Of a stretch of 64,000 nucleotides of DNA, positions 13,534-26,794 are shown piece after piece; position 1 is the stretch's first letter, and every line of letters begins with the position of its first letter. The DNA comes from Camelus dromedarius (taxonomy: Eukaryota). Location: the NCBI RefSeq assembly GCF_036321535.1, contig NC_087436.1, forward strand, positions 14,384,001-14,448,000, read 5' to 3'. Both the position numbers and the translations under genes were made by a program. A model generated the notes under the pieces. That model saw only the letters and a list, made by a program, of their open reading frames with translations, had not been told where the DNA came from and made no database searches.

Positions 13534-14349
13534 AAGACAGAGGACAAGAGAAGCAGTAGATGTTGCACCAACAAGAGATACTCTTCTTGAACCCCTAAAC
13601 TCTGACACCATGTAGCCCTACTGCCAGGCCTTGCTTCTAAGGAGCACTGGAGGTGTTCAGTAGAACCCTGGCCAGTTTAGAATAGCTTCAGGGATCTCCA
13701 GGAGAGAGGAAGACTTGAATTAGCCTGTATTTAGTGGAGTTTTATACGTAGTGATTAAACACTTGTTAAAAAGCAATTATTAAATGATTAAATGCCTGTA
13801 ACTGACCCCTTCCAGGAGGTGATCTGAAGACTAGCAGCATCAGATCATCTAGGATCTTGCTAGAAATCCAGAATTTGGGGTCTTGATCCCAGTGAATCAG
13901 AATCGGCAATTTAGCATGCTCCTGTGATAACATGTGTCCGCATCAATGTTTAAGAAGCACTGCCATTGACATTCTCTACTGGGCTTTTAAAAACGTGTTC
14001 CAAGATCCAGTACTATAAAAACTGTCAGCAACCAACCTCTCTGCAGAGACTTGCCTTCTTCTCAAAGGCAAACTGGGGAGAAGTTGTCACTATTAAATGG
14101 CCCTGTTCCTCCCAGTCCTCATAGGATTGCCTGGCTCAAATCAGGGGGGCAGTTGTATGTGGAGAGACCACTGAAAGGGAGGTGGGAGGGGAAGGAGATG
14201 CCAGTTCTCCCCACAGCTATTCACATTCTCTGTGGACTGACTCCTGCTGCTCCCACTGGGACAGGTCAACAGAGGTCAGAGCAAGAAGCCACGGTGAGGA
14301 GCACTGGGTGTTTCCTAAGGAACCGCCAGTCTGAATCATTTAAGAGAAA

Positions 14350-14935
14350 GGCCGCCCCCAACCTTGAAACAGTTGAAATGTCCACCCAGAGATGAATGGA
14401 TAAACGGATTGTGGCGTGGCCATTTGGTGGGATACAACTCAGCAGTAAAAAGAAATGAATTACAGACATGTGTGGCAACATGGATAAATCTTAAAATAAT
14501 TTCTCTGAGAGCAGCCAGACCACACCCACACCAAAAAAATCAATACTGTGTGAAAGCATTTATGTAAAACTCTAGACATGCAAACTAACCTGTAGTGAGA
14601 GCAGGTTAGTGGGTCTTGGGAGGGACAGACAAGGGCAGGAGAGGGGATTACCAAGCGGGCACAAAGAAACTTTTGGGAGTGATAATTCTTGGTTTTTTTT
14701 AAGAATGATATACTTTTAATTTTATTATTATTTTTAATGGAGGCACTGGGGATTGAACCCAAGACCTCTTGCGCGGGAAGCACGCACTCTACCACTGAGC
14801 TACACCCTCCCCACCAAGTTCTCTATTTTGATTCTGGTGATGGTTTCCTGGATATATGTACATGTCAAAGTTGATTAAATCGTGCACTTTAAAATGTGCA
14901 CCTTACCATGTATCAATTATACCTCAACGAAGTTG
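14350..14935 (+). mobile_element. Old L1M 3' end with a nested SINE
   Basis: Degenerate ORF2 tail (KQLKCPPRDEWING) and L1M 3' UTR; SINE inserted at ~14695-14812. Confidence 0.75.
14695..14812 (-). mobile_element. Vic-1-like SINE
   Basis: Reversed body ggggattgaaccc...ctctaccactgagctacaccctcccc. Confidence 0.85.
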
Positions 14936-15884
14936 TTAGAGAGAGAAGCTGCTGGTCAGAATAACCCAGGGCCAGGAAAGAACAATGAGGAGAATGAACA
15001 ACGGAGAGAGGCCTGAAGCCAGGGCGAGGCAGAAACCAGGGCAAGGTGAGTCCTGCACACTTGTCTCCGTGCCACTGGCTGCGGGAAGCTGGCTGCCCTG
15101 TTAGGGCCCCTCCCCAGGCTCAGCAGGCTGGAGGGGAACCCGCCTGGGACAGTCACCCAGCCCAGTTCATCTCGGGCACAAAGGATTCTTTTCAGAACCA
15201 GCGATCGGCTGGCTCCCAGGAACATGTGCTTTCCGTGTGGAGGGAACACACAGTCCCAAACTGGCTGAGAAATAGACCTCACTCATCAGAGTAACCAGGG
15301 ACAGGGGGACCTGTCTGTTTTGAGCCATGCTTGGCTCTCTGTTTTCTAAGCCAGAGTCAGATGGCTTGCTGGTTGCAGACTAAGACCAGGACCGTGGCCC
15401 CATGGCATTTGGCACTGTGTGTGGGGAAGGGAGGGGTGGAGGGTAGCCTGGTTTGGGGACCTTCCCGAGTTGGTCATGTACTGACCGCACAGTAGGCAGG
15501 GCTGCCTTCAGTCACGTTCACCCTCAAGGTCATCCTAGGTGCCCAATGGCTTATGGTAACCGTGTTCAGCATCACTGGCTGCCACTTCCTACATGACCCC
15601 TGACTCTGACAGAGTCCCTCCCAGTTGGATTTAACCAATCACAAAGGCTGACCTTCTTTACCAGTGCCACCTCTGTCACTGAAGCAGCAGTACCAGTGTC
15701 CTCCAGGGCTGGAGGCTATGGGAACACCGCATTTATTTCCAGTGGTTCTGAGGTGACATTTCTCATACAGCAGTGGGAGGAGAGAAGCAGTGCCATGGCC
15801 CTTCGGGAAAGGCTGACTAAAGATGTGACATCACGGGCATTTACACTGTTTGCTTGGAGACAGTCCAACTTTGGTGTCATAGTT

Positions 15885-17520
15885 TTTAAATTAAGGTAGA
15901 GTTTACATATGGTAAAACTCAGCCTCAGTGTATAGTTCAGGGAATTTTGATAAATGTGTACAGTAGTGTAACCACCACCATAACTAAGATCTAGAACAGC
16001 TTCACCACTCCCATAATTCCCCCATGACTCTATGTCCTCAACGCCTCTCTCCACCACCCCTGCCCCAGTCCCTGGCTATCACTGGTCTTTTTCTGTTCCT
16101 AAAGTTTTGCCTTTGCAGGAATCTCACAAAAATATCATATAAAAGGAAACATATTGACCTCTGAGTCTGGTACCTTTCGTTTAACGTAGGTTTTTGAGCA
16201 TCGTCCAGGTTGTGGCTTGTATTAGTAGTTCCTTACTTTTCATTGCTAAGTAATATTCCATCATATGGATGTAGCACAGTTTGTTTATCCATTCCCAGTG
16301 GAAGGACATTTGGGTTGTTTTCAACTTTGGGTGGTTTTGAATAAGGCTACCATAGACACTCACATAAAATTTGTTATCTGAACACAGGTTTCTATTTCTG
16401 TTAGGAGCGGGATGGTTGGGTCATATGGTAAGATATGCATTCAACTTTGGAAGAAACTGGCAAACTGTTTTCCAAAGTTGTTGGACCACATCACATTCCC
16501 ATCAGCACTGTATGAACACTCTACTTGCTTCACATTCTCACCAGCACTTGGTATTGTTAGTGTTGTTTTGTTTTTTTTAGCTATTCTAATGGGTGGTAGT
16601 ATCTCAGTGTGGCTTTTTTCTTAAATTTTTTGAAGTGTAGTTGATTTACAATGTTAGTTCAAGTGTATAGCAGAGTGATTCAGTTATACATATACATATA
16701 TATATATATACTTTTTTCAATTCTTTTCCATTATATGTTATTACAAGAAATTGAATATAGTTTCCTGTGTTATACAGTAGGTCCTTCCTTGTTATTTATC
16801 TATTTAATAGATAGTAATGTGTGTTTGTAAATCCCCAACCCCTAATTTATCCCTCCCCACCCTTTTCCCTTTGGTAACCATAGTATGTTTTCTATGTCTG
16901 TTAGTCTGTTTTTGGTTTATAAATAGAATTTGTATCATTTTTCTAAAGATTCTGCATGTAAGTGATATCATATGATATTTGCCTTTCTCTGACTTACTTC
17001 ACTCAATATGATAAACTCTAGGTCCATCCATGTTGTTGTAAATGGCATTATTTCATTCTTTTTTATGGCTGAGTAATATTCCATTGTATATATACACTAC
17101 ATCTTTATCCAGTCATCTGTTGATGGACATTTAGGTTGCTTCCATGTCTTGGCTTTTGTAAATAGTGCTGCTGTGAACAGCGGGGTGCATGTGTCTTTTT
17201 GAATTACAGTTTTCTCTGGATATATGCCCAGGAGTGGGATTGTTAGATCATATGGTAACTCTGTTTTTAGTTTTTTAAGGAACCTCCATGCTGTCCTCCA
17301 TAGTAGCCGCACCAAATTATGTTCCCACCAACAGTGTAGGAGGGTTCCCTTTTCTCCACACCCTTTCCAGCACTTATTATTTGTAGACTTTTTAATGATA
17401 GCCATTCAGTGTGGCTTTAATTTGCATTCCTCTTATGACATATAATACTGAGCATCTTTTCATGTGCTTGTTTGTCATCCATCTAGCTTTTAAGTGACCC
17501 GTTCAAGCATTTTGCTGTAG
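15885..17520 (-). mobile_element. Old L1M interrupted by a younger L1 (16617-17405)
   Basis: The younger L1 carries ORF2 motif [27 protein letters not shown]...QPKCPSTDDW and is flanked by a perfect 13-bp TSD tcagtgtggcttt (16604-16616 / 17406-17418). Confidence 0.9.
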
Positions 17521-20500
17521 CTTCATTCTTAGTTGCTGAGGTTGAGGCTCTCTACATGGTAGGGTTTTTTCCTCTTGTACCTGCCTACACAAGCTGTTTC
17601 AGAAACACAAAGTAAAACAGTGCACCTGAGAAACTGGTGGGGAGATGGGAAGTGGATAAGAAAGATCAGTGTAATGGTGTTTAGTTACAACGTCAAAAGG
17701 CAGAGTGAATGTGTTCCCAGTGGCTCTACAGGACGGAGGAGGACAAGAAGGGGAGAGGAGCCCTGGTTCTGTGACAGCTGGAGCAAAGCTAGTCTGCCCG
17801 AGATGAGAAACATTCTGCTGTTCTGGAAGACAATGCAGTGAGATGCTGCTTCCTTGGGCCTTTCTGGAGGAGAAGTAGGAGGCAGAGTGATGATATGTGT
17901 GGTTGGCAGTTTTAAACATGAAATGGGGAACTGCAAAGTTTGAGAATGTGGCTAGAAAGTGACTTTGTGCCTCGTGGTATTTAGCTTCTTGCCAAGGTTT
18001 CTAGAGCATCTTTCCAAGACTTCTCTTCCCCTTTGTGGATATGACATGACAGTTTTGCTTCTCTGCTGGAGCAGAGGCGTTCATACAATCACTGTATATC
18101 TTCCTCTTGACTTAGATTGGTCAAGAAATGTTCTCAATGTTATTTGTGCCGAGGACTGGGAATGTGAGGTACCATCAGGTTAACCATTTCCCTGCTGTCC
18201 TACCCTGTCCAATTTTGCGGGGCCTCGGTCTGAACAGACTATCTAAGTGCTGGGAGCGGAGGTGGGGAAGAAGCCCTGGGCAGCCTGCGACCTTGCCGAG
18301 GCGTGGACCGAAACGTGGATTTAACGCACGGTAGGAAGGCAGAGTGGGCCAGCAGCAGACGCCTCGCATGCACATCTGTCCCAACAGATTGTTCCAAAGA
18401 GGAAACGATTCTGGGATACACTCCATCCAGCAAGAGGACCAAGGTAGCATGCAGAAGAAATACCTTCCGCCTGCCAGGTGGAGATGCAACGATGTGGCGC
18501 CTCCCTCTTGGCCCGCGCTCCTAACCCGCGGGTACCTTTTGCCCACACTGCTGTTTTGCCATAACAGGATAGTTGAGGCTCGGGAGGAGTGCGGAGAATG
18601 CCAGAGGCCCATCCCAGATAGCAGACAATCACGCTTTAAGCAACCAGGACCCTGGCCAGGCCCCACAGACCTGGAGGGTCACTGGTTTGTTTCCCTCTGG
18701 AGGGTTTTAAGGGTGAAGCACCCAGGGGTTAAGGCCTGGGCCAGAAATTGCTTTCACTCTCCTGATCCTGTTCTGAAGATTTCTAAGTTTTTATGTCCTA
18801 GTTTCCAACATTTCTCTCTGCTTAGTGAATGGTTCCCCCTCACCACCCCCAACTTCCTGACCCTATCCTTTTTATAAACTCACATGAAAGAAGACACATT
18901 CCTTCCCTTTCTGGTTCCAAGACATTAGAGGTCAAAGGCGGTTCTGTTCTTGGCTATCCACTCCCTTTAACTGGGTGGGTGGACTGACCCAGAGCATCAC
19001 TTGCATCCTGTTTCACTGAAGGATGATCTTTTCTGGAAGAGACCCAGACCTAAGGCATGGTCCTCAAGGGACTCTGGCTTCACACTGCAGAATCTTCCTT
19101 CTTCAGACCTGCACGGCTTTGGGTCCCCAGGGTACTGGGGTCTCGAGCAGGAGTCACTTGGGCAGAGAACTGCGAGAGAGTTTATTCCTCTGTAGAGGGC
19201 AAAAATCAATAGCTGCTCTTTGAAGCCCATGGCTGCAACATAAAAGTTTTTTTTCATTGATTCCTGTAAGTATTTATTACGGCGTGCTTGCTGTTGTTAT
19301 TAATCATTTAGATTTACGAGTTGGTGTATTCCATTCTTATGCACACCCCGCAGAGCCCAAGAATCCTGAAGAAATAATTATTACCCGTGTTCTGTTCTTG
19401 GATGCCCTCGAATAGCACTCTCACTATGCATGCAAAACGGGAGTCTGAGGGGAGATTTAGCAACTGCCTTGTTTTCTCCTTGAACCGGACTTAGCTGGGA
19501 GGCTGGGTTTTTTTCTTTTTTTCTTTCTGCTCCCAAAGAACTCTTATTTTGGGTAACAAGAATAACATAGAGCTAAATATTTGATTAGGAGAACAAATAC
19601 CAGGGACATGTAAAGGACGTAGGGTGGGGAGAGGAGAGGGAAATTTTAAGAATGGACAAGGAGGGCCTTCTTACATGAAATAATATATGCCCACGGAAGA
19701 GGCATCAGAAAATTCAGAAAAGCAAATTGAAGATCAGTCACCACCCACCACCCTCCCATTCTGAGTTAATCACTATAAACGCTCTGATGCACACTCCTGA
19801 GTGTGTCTGTTGGAGTGTATGTGCATTTGCATATGCATATATGTGTGTGTTTACATACAATTTTTTTTTTACAAAAACGGCATTCCCTGCATGTTTTGTA
19901 ACTTGCCTTAAAAAAAAATAAAATTTATCACGACAATCTTTTCCTGTCAATATGTACTAAATAAAACATCGTGAAATGAATACCACAATTTCCTAATTCC
20001 TTCCCTCTTTTGCATCAAACTAATCAGTTAATTAACAAGTCCTAAATGATTCCGTCACTAAAGTCCAGAAAAGAAATTTATGAACTAGAAAGAAATTATG
20101 TATAATACCATAGGCCGGGGAAACTAACCTCGTAGAGGAGGGGAAAGAACCAATATCTGATATGCTGAGGACCTCACCAAAATTAGGGGGAGTCTAAAGG
20201 AAATCAGGTAATGGATCTAAAGTGATTTAATCTATGATGTCAAAGAAAAACAGACTTTGAAGCCGGATAGTCTAATTCTTAGGCAAGTTGCATAACCATT
20301 TTTTGAGCCTCAGTTTCTTAATCTATAAAATGGAAATACTTGTTTCTGTAGCAAAGAATAACTACAAACATAAAGTAAGTTATTAATAAAGAGACCCTGA
20401 AGAATGCCTGTCATAAAATAGAGTAGGTGCTCAAAATTTCTTAATTTCTGTGACATATAATATTGTACATCAACTCTACTTCAATTTTAAAAATATGATA

Positions 20501-21228
20501 TTGTAAAATAAATACATAAATTAAAAAAAATTCTTTGCCTTCCTTCTCTGCTTCTAGTTGTTGGGTTGTATTCTGGGACGGAGAGTGGGACCCCCTCCAT
20601 TGTGAGCAGACACGTGCTACTTTGCTCTGGGGACACAGTGGCCAGCTATAAAGGTGGTCAGAAATTAGTGAGTTTCATGGAGATTTTTCATGTTAAATAC
20701 AACTTCTATGGGTCTAAGGCCTTTATGAAATTTTTTTCCATTGCTAATCTAGTCGGTCGACATGCATGAGTGTGGTTTCCAGATCATAGCATCAGCACTG
20801 CCTGGGAACTTGTTAGAAATGCAAATTCTCAGACTTACTGAATCAGAAACTCTGCAAGTGGGCCCAGTGACCTGTGTGTTAACAAGCCTTGCAGGGGATT
20901 CCGATGTGTGCTAAAGGCTGAGAGCAACCAGTGTGGCGAGGGGTCTGGAAGCCAAGAACCACTAGCTCTAGAATATACTCTACCTCTCCAGTTCACTGTG
21001 GGACCTGGGGCAGGTCACTTCCCTTATTTACACCTCCATTTTCTCATCTGGAAAATGGGAAAATCATACCTTCTTGCAACCTCAAATGACTGTTTTACAA
21101 GCTGAATGAGTTTAGGAAAGTGAAAGGTATTCAAATAATATATTATATAAAGGGCAGGCATATTTATTATTCCCTGTAATTAGGTGGGGTGATGTATAAA
21201 GCATCTCTTTTGATGAAAATGGTTCTAT

Positions 21229-21366
21229 ATTTTTAAATTGACATATAGTCAGTTACAATGTCAGTTTCTGGCGTACAGCATAATGTCCCAGTCATGCATG
21301 TACATATACATATTAATTTTCATATTCTTTTTCATTATAAGTTACTACAAGACATTGAATATAGTT
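21229..21366 (-). mobile_element. Very short L1 3' end
   Basis: Reversed L1 3' terminus flanked by duplicated tggttctat. Confidence 0.7.
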
Positions 21367-22217
21367 GGTTCTATTTTTATTGACCAGGAATAGTCTGTGA
21401 CCTCCATGGAAGAGCTCACTGGATGCCTTAACAACCCTCACGGCAGTTTCTCCTGCGGAACCTAAATCCCTTGTGTAGTGCCTTCAGCATCTCAAAGGTG
21501 TTCTGAGGATGATATCAACCAATGGGAAGGAAAGTCTTTGGGCAGAGTAAAAAGCACTTACACACAAGAGGTCCATTTGTTGTTTGTCCTCCTTTTTCAG
21601 CCCTTAGTGAAGATGGGGAATAGCAGGTCACCACCCTGTGGAGCAAACCCTTCATCTGCATGAAGAGTGCTATTAAGTTGTCCCTCATTTCCTTTCTTTT
21701 CAGGCTGAATACTTCTGGTTTTTCACCTCTGCTCAAAGGCCTCATTGTGCTCCCCTGAGTTATCTGTTTCTTTTCCCGAGCCCTTTCCATGTGCTAGAGC
21801 AATGGCCTCTCATGAAAGTGTTGTCCAGTCCCCTTGAGCTCTGGAGCTTAGAACATGCACAGAACACAGGTCACCAGCAGAGTTGTTGGGAGCATGACAT
21901 TGAGGTTCCACCCATTTCCCTCCACGGACAAAGCACGACCCTGATGTCTCCGAGCCAGGCTGTGGCTCCAGCAATTCTCAAATACTTTCCAGTTTTACTC
22001 TAACTTACCTCGTCATTCATGTTTTATTTTTCATGTCCCTTTGTATGCCATCTTTTATTTGTGCATAATTCTCTTTTCTCTTCTCCCATCATCTTTGATT
22101 TCTCTAATAGAAAAATAATTGTAACATGTTTATATCTGCATAGAAGTTTAGAAAAAGAAAGTTTAGTGCAGAAAAAGATCGAATGGAGAAATGCCAGAAT
22201 CTCAAAAGTGTTTTTTT

Positions 22218-22350
22218 GAGAGGAGGGTATAGCTCAGTGGTAAAGGACATGCTTAGCATGCATGAGGTCCTGGGATGAGGTCCTGGGTTTGATCCCAAGT
22301 ACCTCCATTAAATAATAAGTAAAAAAGTAATAAATAAATAATAAAATTTT
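22218..22350 (+). mobile_element. Vic-1-like SINE with internal 13-bp duplication
   Basis: atgaggtcctggg repeated twice; flanked by aaaagtgtttt repeats. Confidence 0.85.
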
Positions 22351-22602
22351 AAAAAGTGTTTTCCCTGGGGAGTGAGATCACAAGCTATTTCTTTTGTTTT
22401 CCTCTTGCTTCTCTGAATATTTAAATATTTCTATGATTGACATATCAATTGCTTAATTTAAAAAAATATAAAATAAAATTGGAAAACTAGCTCCCTGCAT
22501 GGGTGCAGGACAACAAAAAGAACAGAAAATGCTTATATTAAGGAAGGTCTCACTGCCTCACTGAGTTTCCATTCAGGAAGGATACAAAGCTGTGCTTGGC
22601 TG

Positions 22603-22684
22603 TAGGGTGACTAACCGACCTGATCTGTCCAAGACCATCCCGGTTTTAGCACTGAAATAAGCAAGCAGGACAGCTGGTCACCTA
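22603..22684. mobile_element. hAT-Blackjack MITE (MER81/MER94-like)
   Basis: Terminal inverted repeats tagggtgac ... gtcaccta and internal tcccggtttta. Confidence 0.65.
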
Positions 22685-23279
22685 CCTGCAGCCGTCTTCT
22701 CCGCTGACCGCAGTGGCCGCCGCCGGGTCTCTGCAGGGCGCTCCTCTCACGTGTCTTGCTTTGCCACTGCTGGGGAGGCTCAGCTCAGCTGGCCTTGAAG
22801 ACAAGAAGACGCCGCAGGAGCATCCGCTGTGTGGTTGGTTCGAGGGAGGCTGAGGGCAGATGTGATGAGGGCAGACCAGAGGGCAGATGTGAAGAGGCGA
22901 CTGAACTGAGCCCCCTCCGGGAGGGGCAGTGTGGGCAAATCCTGTGGGACATCGTGGAAGCTGGAGGTTCAGTGCTGCAGAAGTCACTGAGAGTGTTTTG
23001 TCATAACGCTTCTGGAGAGGGTGAGGGCGGGGAGGAGCCGACCTGCCGGGCCTCCTTCCCTTGGACGTGAATTACCTGTGAACTTCTGTTAGCTTTATTT
23101 CTTCTTTTTGCCTTAAATATGTTATATTTACTAGACATCTGAGTTTATCAAGATTTCATTCGAAATCGGTGGTTCTCAATCCCAGCTGCACACAGTCGCT
23201 TGAAAAGCTTCTAAAATGCTCAGGCCCCTCCCTAGAACACTTAAAATGGTCTAATCTAAATTAGAAGGGACCCTAGGGA

Positions 23280-24066
23280 AAATATATATAATATACATAT
23301 AAAATAATTTATGTATAATATATAAAATAATTACACACATATATAATATATTATCATTACATATAATATGTGAATTTATATAGTTTATATATAAGATAAA
23401 ATAATTATACAGAATATATAATACCCAAAGAAATTTATACATAATATATTATTTCATACACTATGTGAATTTATATAAATAATTTATATATAATAATTAC
23501 ATATAATATATAATCATATGTAATTAATTTTAATATTATATAAAAATTCCTTTAGATATTATATATTGTATTAATTAAAATATTATGCATATCTATGAAT
23601 TCCTAAGGAATTTATATGTGTAAATGTATAATATAACTACATATAATATATAAAGGAATTCACGTATAATTACATATAACATGTAATTTTATATGCACAT
23701 ATAATTAATGTATCATATATTAATTATTATATATTACATATAAATAATTATATAAAATAGAATTTCTTAGAAACTCATATATGTATAATATAATTACATA
23801 TAATAAATGATATTAAAGGAATTTTACATATTATAATCAATATAATGTATACTATATTAGTTATATATGATTGTATATTGTATTTCATTATATTATATAG
23901 GCAAATTCATTTATATATGAATTTACCTATATGTTATGATAACATATATAAATTTCTCTAAACATTACATAATGTATGTAATTATAATAAATAATATATT
24001 GTGTCTAATTATAGTATATTGTCTTATATGTAATTATATACTATGTTATATATATATATATATATA
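23280..24066. repeat. ~790-bp AT-rich low-complexity (TA)n-derived tract
   Basis: Almost entirely A/T with recurring aattcc/ggaatt motifs; ends in a pure (TA)n run. Confidence 0.9.
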
Positions 24067-25489
24067 CACACGCAAATACCTTAGGTTCCTTTAGGCACCT
24101 CCCTTAGGCCCTTCTCTATTCCCTCTCTGCTCTCATTCTCTTGAGTTGCGATACCACCACAAAGCCCTATCGATATGTGTATATATCGTCTTCTCAGGGG
24201 AGTCTAGCTGTGCTTGGGAATCATTGGCTCAGACACTGAATATGAGTGATAAGGGGACGGCGTGTGTCCAGGAAGCTGACTGAAGGACACCTGGGGCAGT
24301 GAGTCAGCAGGTCCCATCAGCAGAGTGGATAAGGGCAGACAGGCAGTCAGGGGTGCAGGGGAGGACTCTGTAAAAAAATGAAGTTCAGGGAAATGAAGAG
24401 TGGACCAGGGGCCTACAATCTGGTCCTTTAATGGTCAGGACTCCAGAGGTCTTCCTCCAAATGAACAGGAAGCGCCTTACCTTGTAGGCGCTGCTGATTC
24501 AATGAGCGGGCAGTGGTGCGGACCATGGGCCCCTGGAGTCCAGTGCACTAAGTTAAAGGATCAAGCAAGCGCCAATGTTAGAGAGGGGCTGAAAGTGAAC
24601 CGGAGAGGGAAACCGGCTCGTACACCTGCCCAAGGTCGAGCTAAAGGACTGCCCCATTCTTGGTGAGAGAGCAAAGTACCAGATCAGCCTGGCCAGGGTC
24701 ACTCTTCGAGGGGTGCTTAGAGGAGGTGTTGACCACTGTGGTTTGCTTTTCACTGCCAGGCCCAGCCTCCGTGGGGGCCAAGCTGTGCCCGTCCAGAGCA
24801 GCCGCACTGATGGGGCGCTGCTTAGCTGGAGGACGTTGTGATTGCAGCGGGTGTTTAGACAATGGAAGGGACATCAAGGGTTTCAGCATCAGCCTGTGCT
24901 TTCCCATGCTGGAAAATCCGGGATTCAGATGGCGTTATTTGAGGATCAGATGTGTCTTGCTAGGGCAGGTACGTGCAGATCTGCTGGAGAAAAGAAATGA
25001 GCTGCACATGTGCTTGCTTCATCTTTTCCTAAATGTTCATAGCCTGGCTGTTGGGGCTATGAGCAGCAAATGTGAGGCCGAGAGCAGGAGGCCTCTCTGA
25101 CCCTCAGCTCTCAGCCCAGAGGCTCTGTTCAAAGCTATAGTTGTCCAACAGAGTCACCTAAAGGCTTCTTAAAAATACAGACGCCAGGTCCCCAGCCCTA
25201 GGGATTCCGATCAGTTAGTCTGAGGTGGCATCCGAGATCTGAACATTATTTAAATATTCTCCAGGTGATTCTAAAGCATAGCCAGGGTGAGAACCACTGA
25301 TTTTAGCTTTGGCCGTGCAACCAAATAGGTGGTCAGTTGGGAAGGGGATGAAGGGGGAGGGTAACGGGGATCAGAGGACCGCTAACCCTGGAATTGGTCC
25401 ACGTGCTGGTTTTTATTTTGCCCTTTTTGCCTATTGATCTTTTTCAGTGGTACAATTAATTCTTCGTGTTTTACAGCGTCTGTTTTCCT

Positions 25490-25682
25490 TTGAGGTCCTC
25501 AGATTTTGGCTGCATCAGAATCACCAGGAGAGCTTGTTAAAGTGGAGGCTGGGCCCCACCCCCAGAGTTTCTGATTCAGTGGCCCTGGGGTGGGGGTGGG
25601 GGGCAGGCCTTTGCCTCCCTAACAAGCTCCCAGGTGATGCTGCTGCTGCCTTCCAAGAACCATACTTTGAGAACTGCTGGTC
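25490..25682. mobile_element. MER5A-like DNA transposon (similar copies near 13820, 20770, 25140, 37640, 56300, 56960)
   Basis: gctgcatcagaatcacc...gggccccacccccagagtttctgattcagt...aacaagctcccaggtgatgctg...ctttgagaac. Confidence 0.8.
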
Positions 25683-26249
25683 CTAACTTATTTTATCATT
25701 TTATCCTTTCAGTATTTTAGTTTTCCAGGTTTAATGTTTCAGTGAGATCTTAATTTTCCTCAGCTTTTGTTTTCCTCTCCTCATTAAATTATGGTATATT
25801 TAATCTTTCATCTTAGTTAACCTTTTATCTAGATTTTTCTTACCACCTTTAATTCTAATTTATACTCTTTTATTTTATCAGTATTTTTTTATTTGCCCTT
25901 TTGACACATTAGTTACCCACTCAGAGTGAGTCATCTTCTGCACACCCCTTTTCTGGTAACCAGACCCTTATTAGGTTGAGGCTTTGGGAAGTCATGTGCT
26001 TTGTGGGCCCCTTTAAAGGTTTTTTTTCAGCTTTATTGAGATATAATTGACAAAAAAAATTGTCACTTAACTAATTGATACTTAAAGTGTACTTTGTGAT
26101 GGTTTGATATACATATACATCGTGAAAATATTCCCATCTGGTTAATTATCATATCCATCATTTTATGTATTTATCGTGTGTGTGTGAGAGAGAGAACATT
26201 TAACTTCTCTTCTCTTGGAAACTTCAGTTATACAGTATTGTGTAATCGG

Positions 26250-26686
26250 AGCTGACTTTGGATTAGGCTAAACCAATAAAGGTAATTCTATTTTCCCTGC
26301 CAGTGACTAGTACAAAAATGGTAATGAAACGTGCAGGAAAGCCTGCTGGTGGGTCTCTGGGAACTCTGTCCTTGTTAACAGCTCTCAGGAATATTCTCTG
26401 TGCCAGACTTCAGACTGCTGCGTGAGGTTTCAGCCTTGGCGGAGGAAGAGCCATCTGGCATCTATGAGGGAACAAGCCTCAGGACCACTGTCAATACCTT
26501 GAAGATAGCTGAGCTCAAAGGTGGGATGAATCCAAGTCCTTTCTTGATGATGTCCTCGGGCCACCAAACCAACAAACCCTGGATCTGTCTTCTTTCTGGA
26601 CTTCCTGTTATGTGAGCTTCTCTTTGTTTAAGCCATTTAAGTTAGGTCTTCTGTTTGTTGAAGCCAAAAGCATCCTAAATGATACA
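26250..26686 (+). mobile_element. Old MaLR LTR (MLT1J/K-like)
   Basis: Ends with ctggacttcctgttatgtgag...tttaagcc...aagccaaaagcatcctaaatgataca, the typical MLT1 3' terminus. Confidence 0.6.
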
Positions 26687-26794
26687 TATTATTTTAGCCA
26701 TCTTAAAATTACTATATTTTTATTTGTCTGTGGGTATGTGTGTATATCTCATAAATTTCCTGAGACTGGGAATTGTTTTTTTTTCTGTATTTAA

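Noticed and set aside
18175..18877. Overlapping 163-aa and 177-aa ORFs
   Set aside because: No recognisable domain or splice framework; expected by chance in GC-richer DNA.
24400..25100. Cluster of 84-146-aa ORFs as a possible pseudogene
   Set aside because: No frame resembled a protein family I recognise, and no poly(A) or TSD was found.
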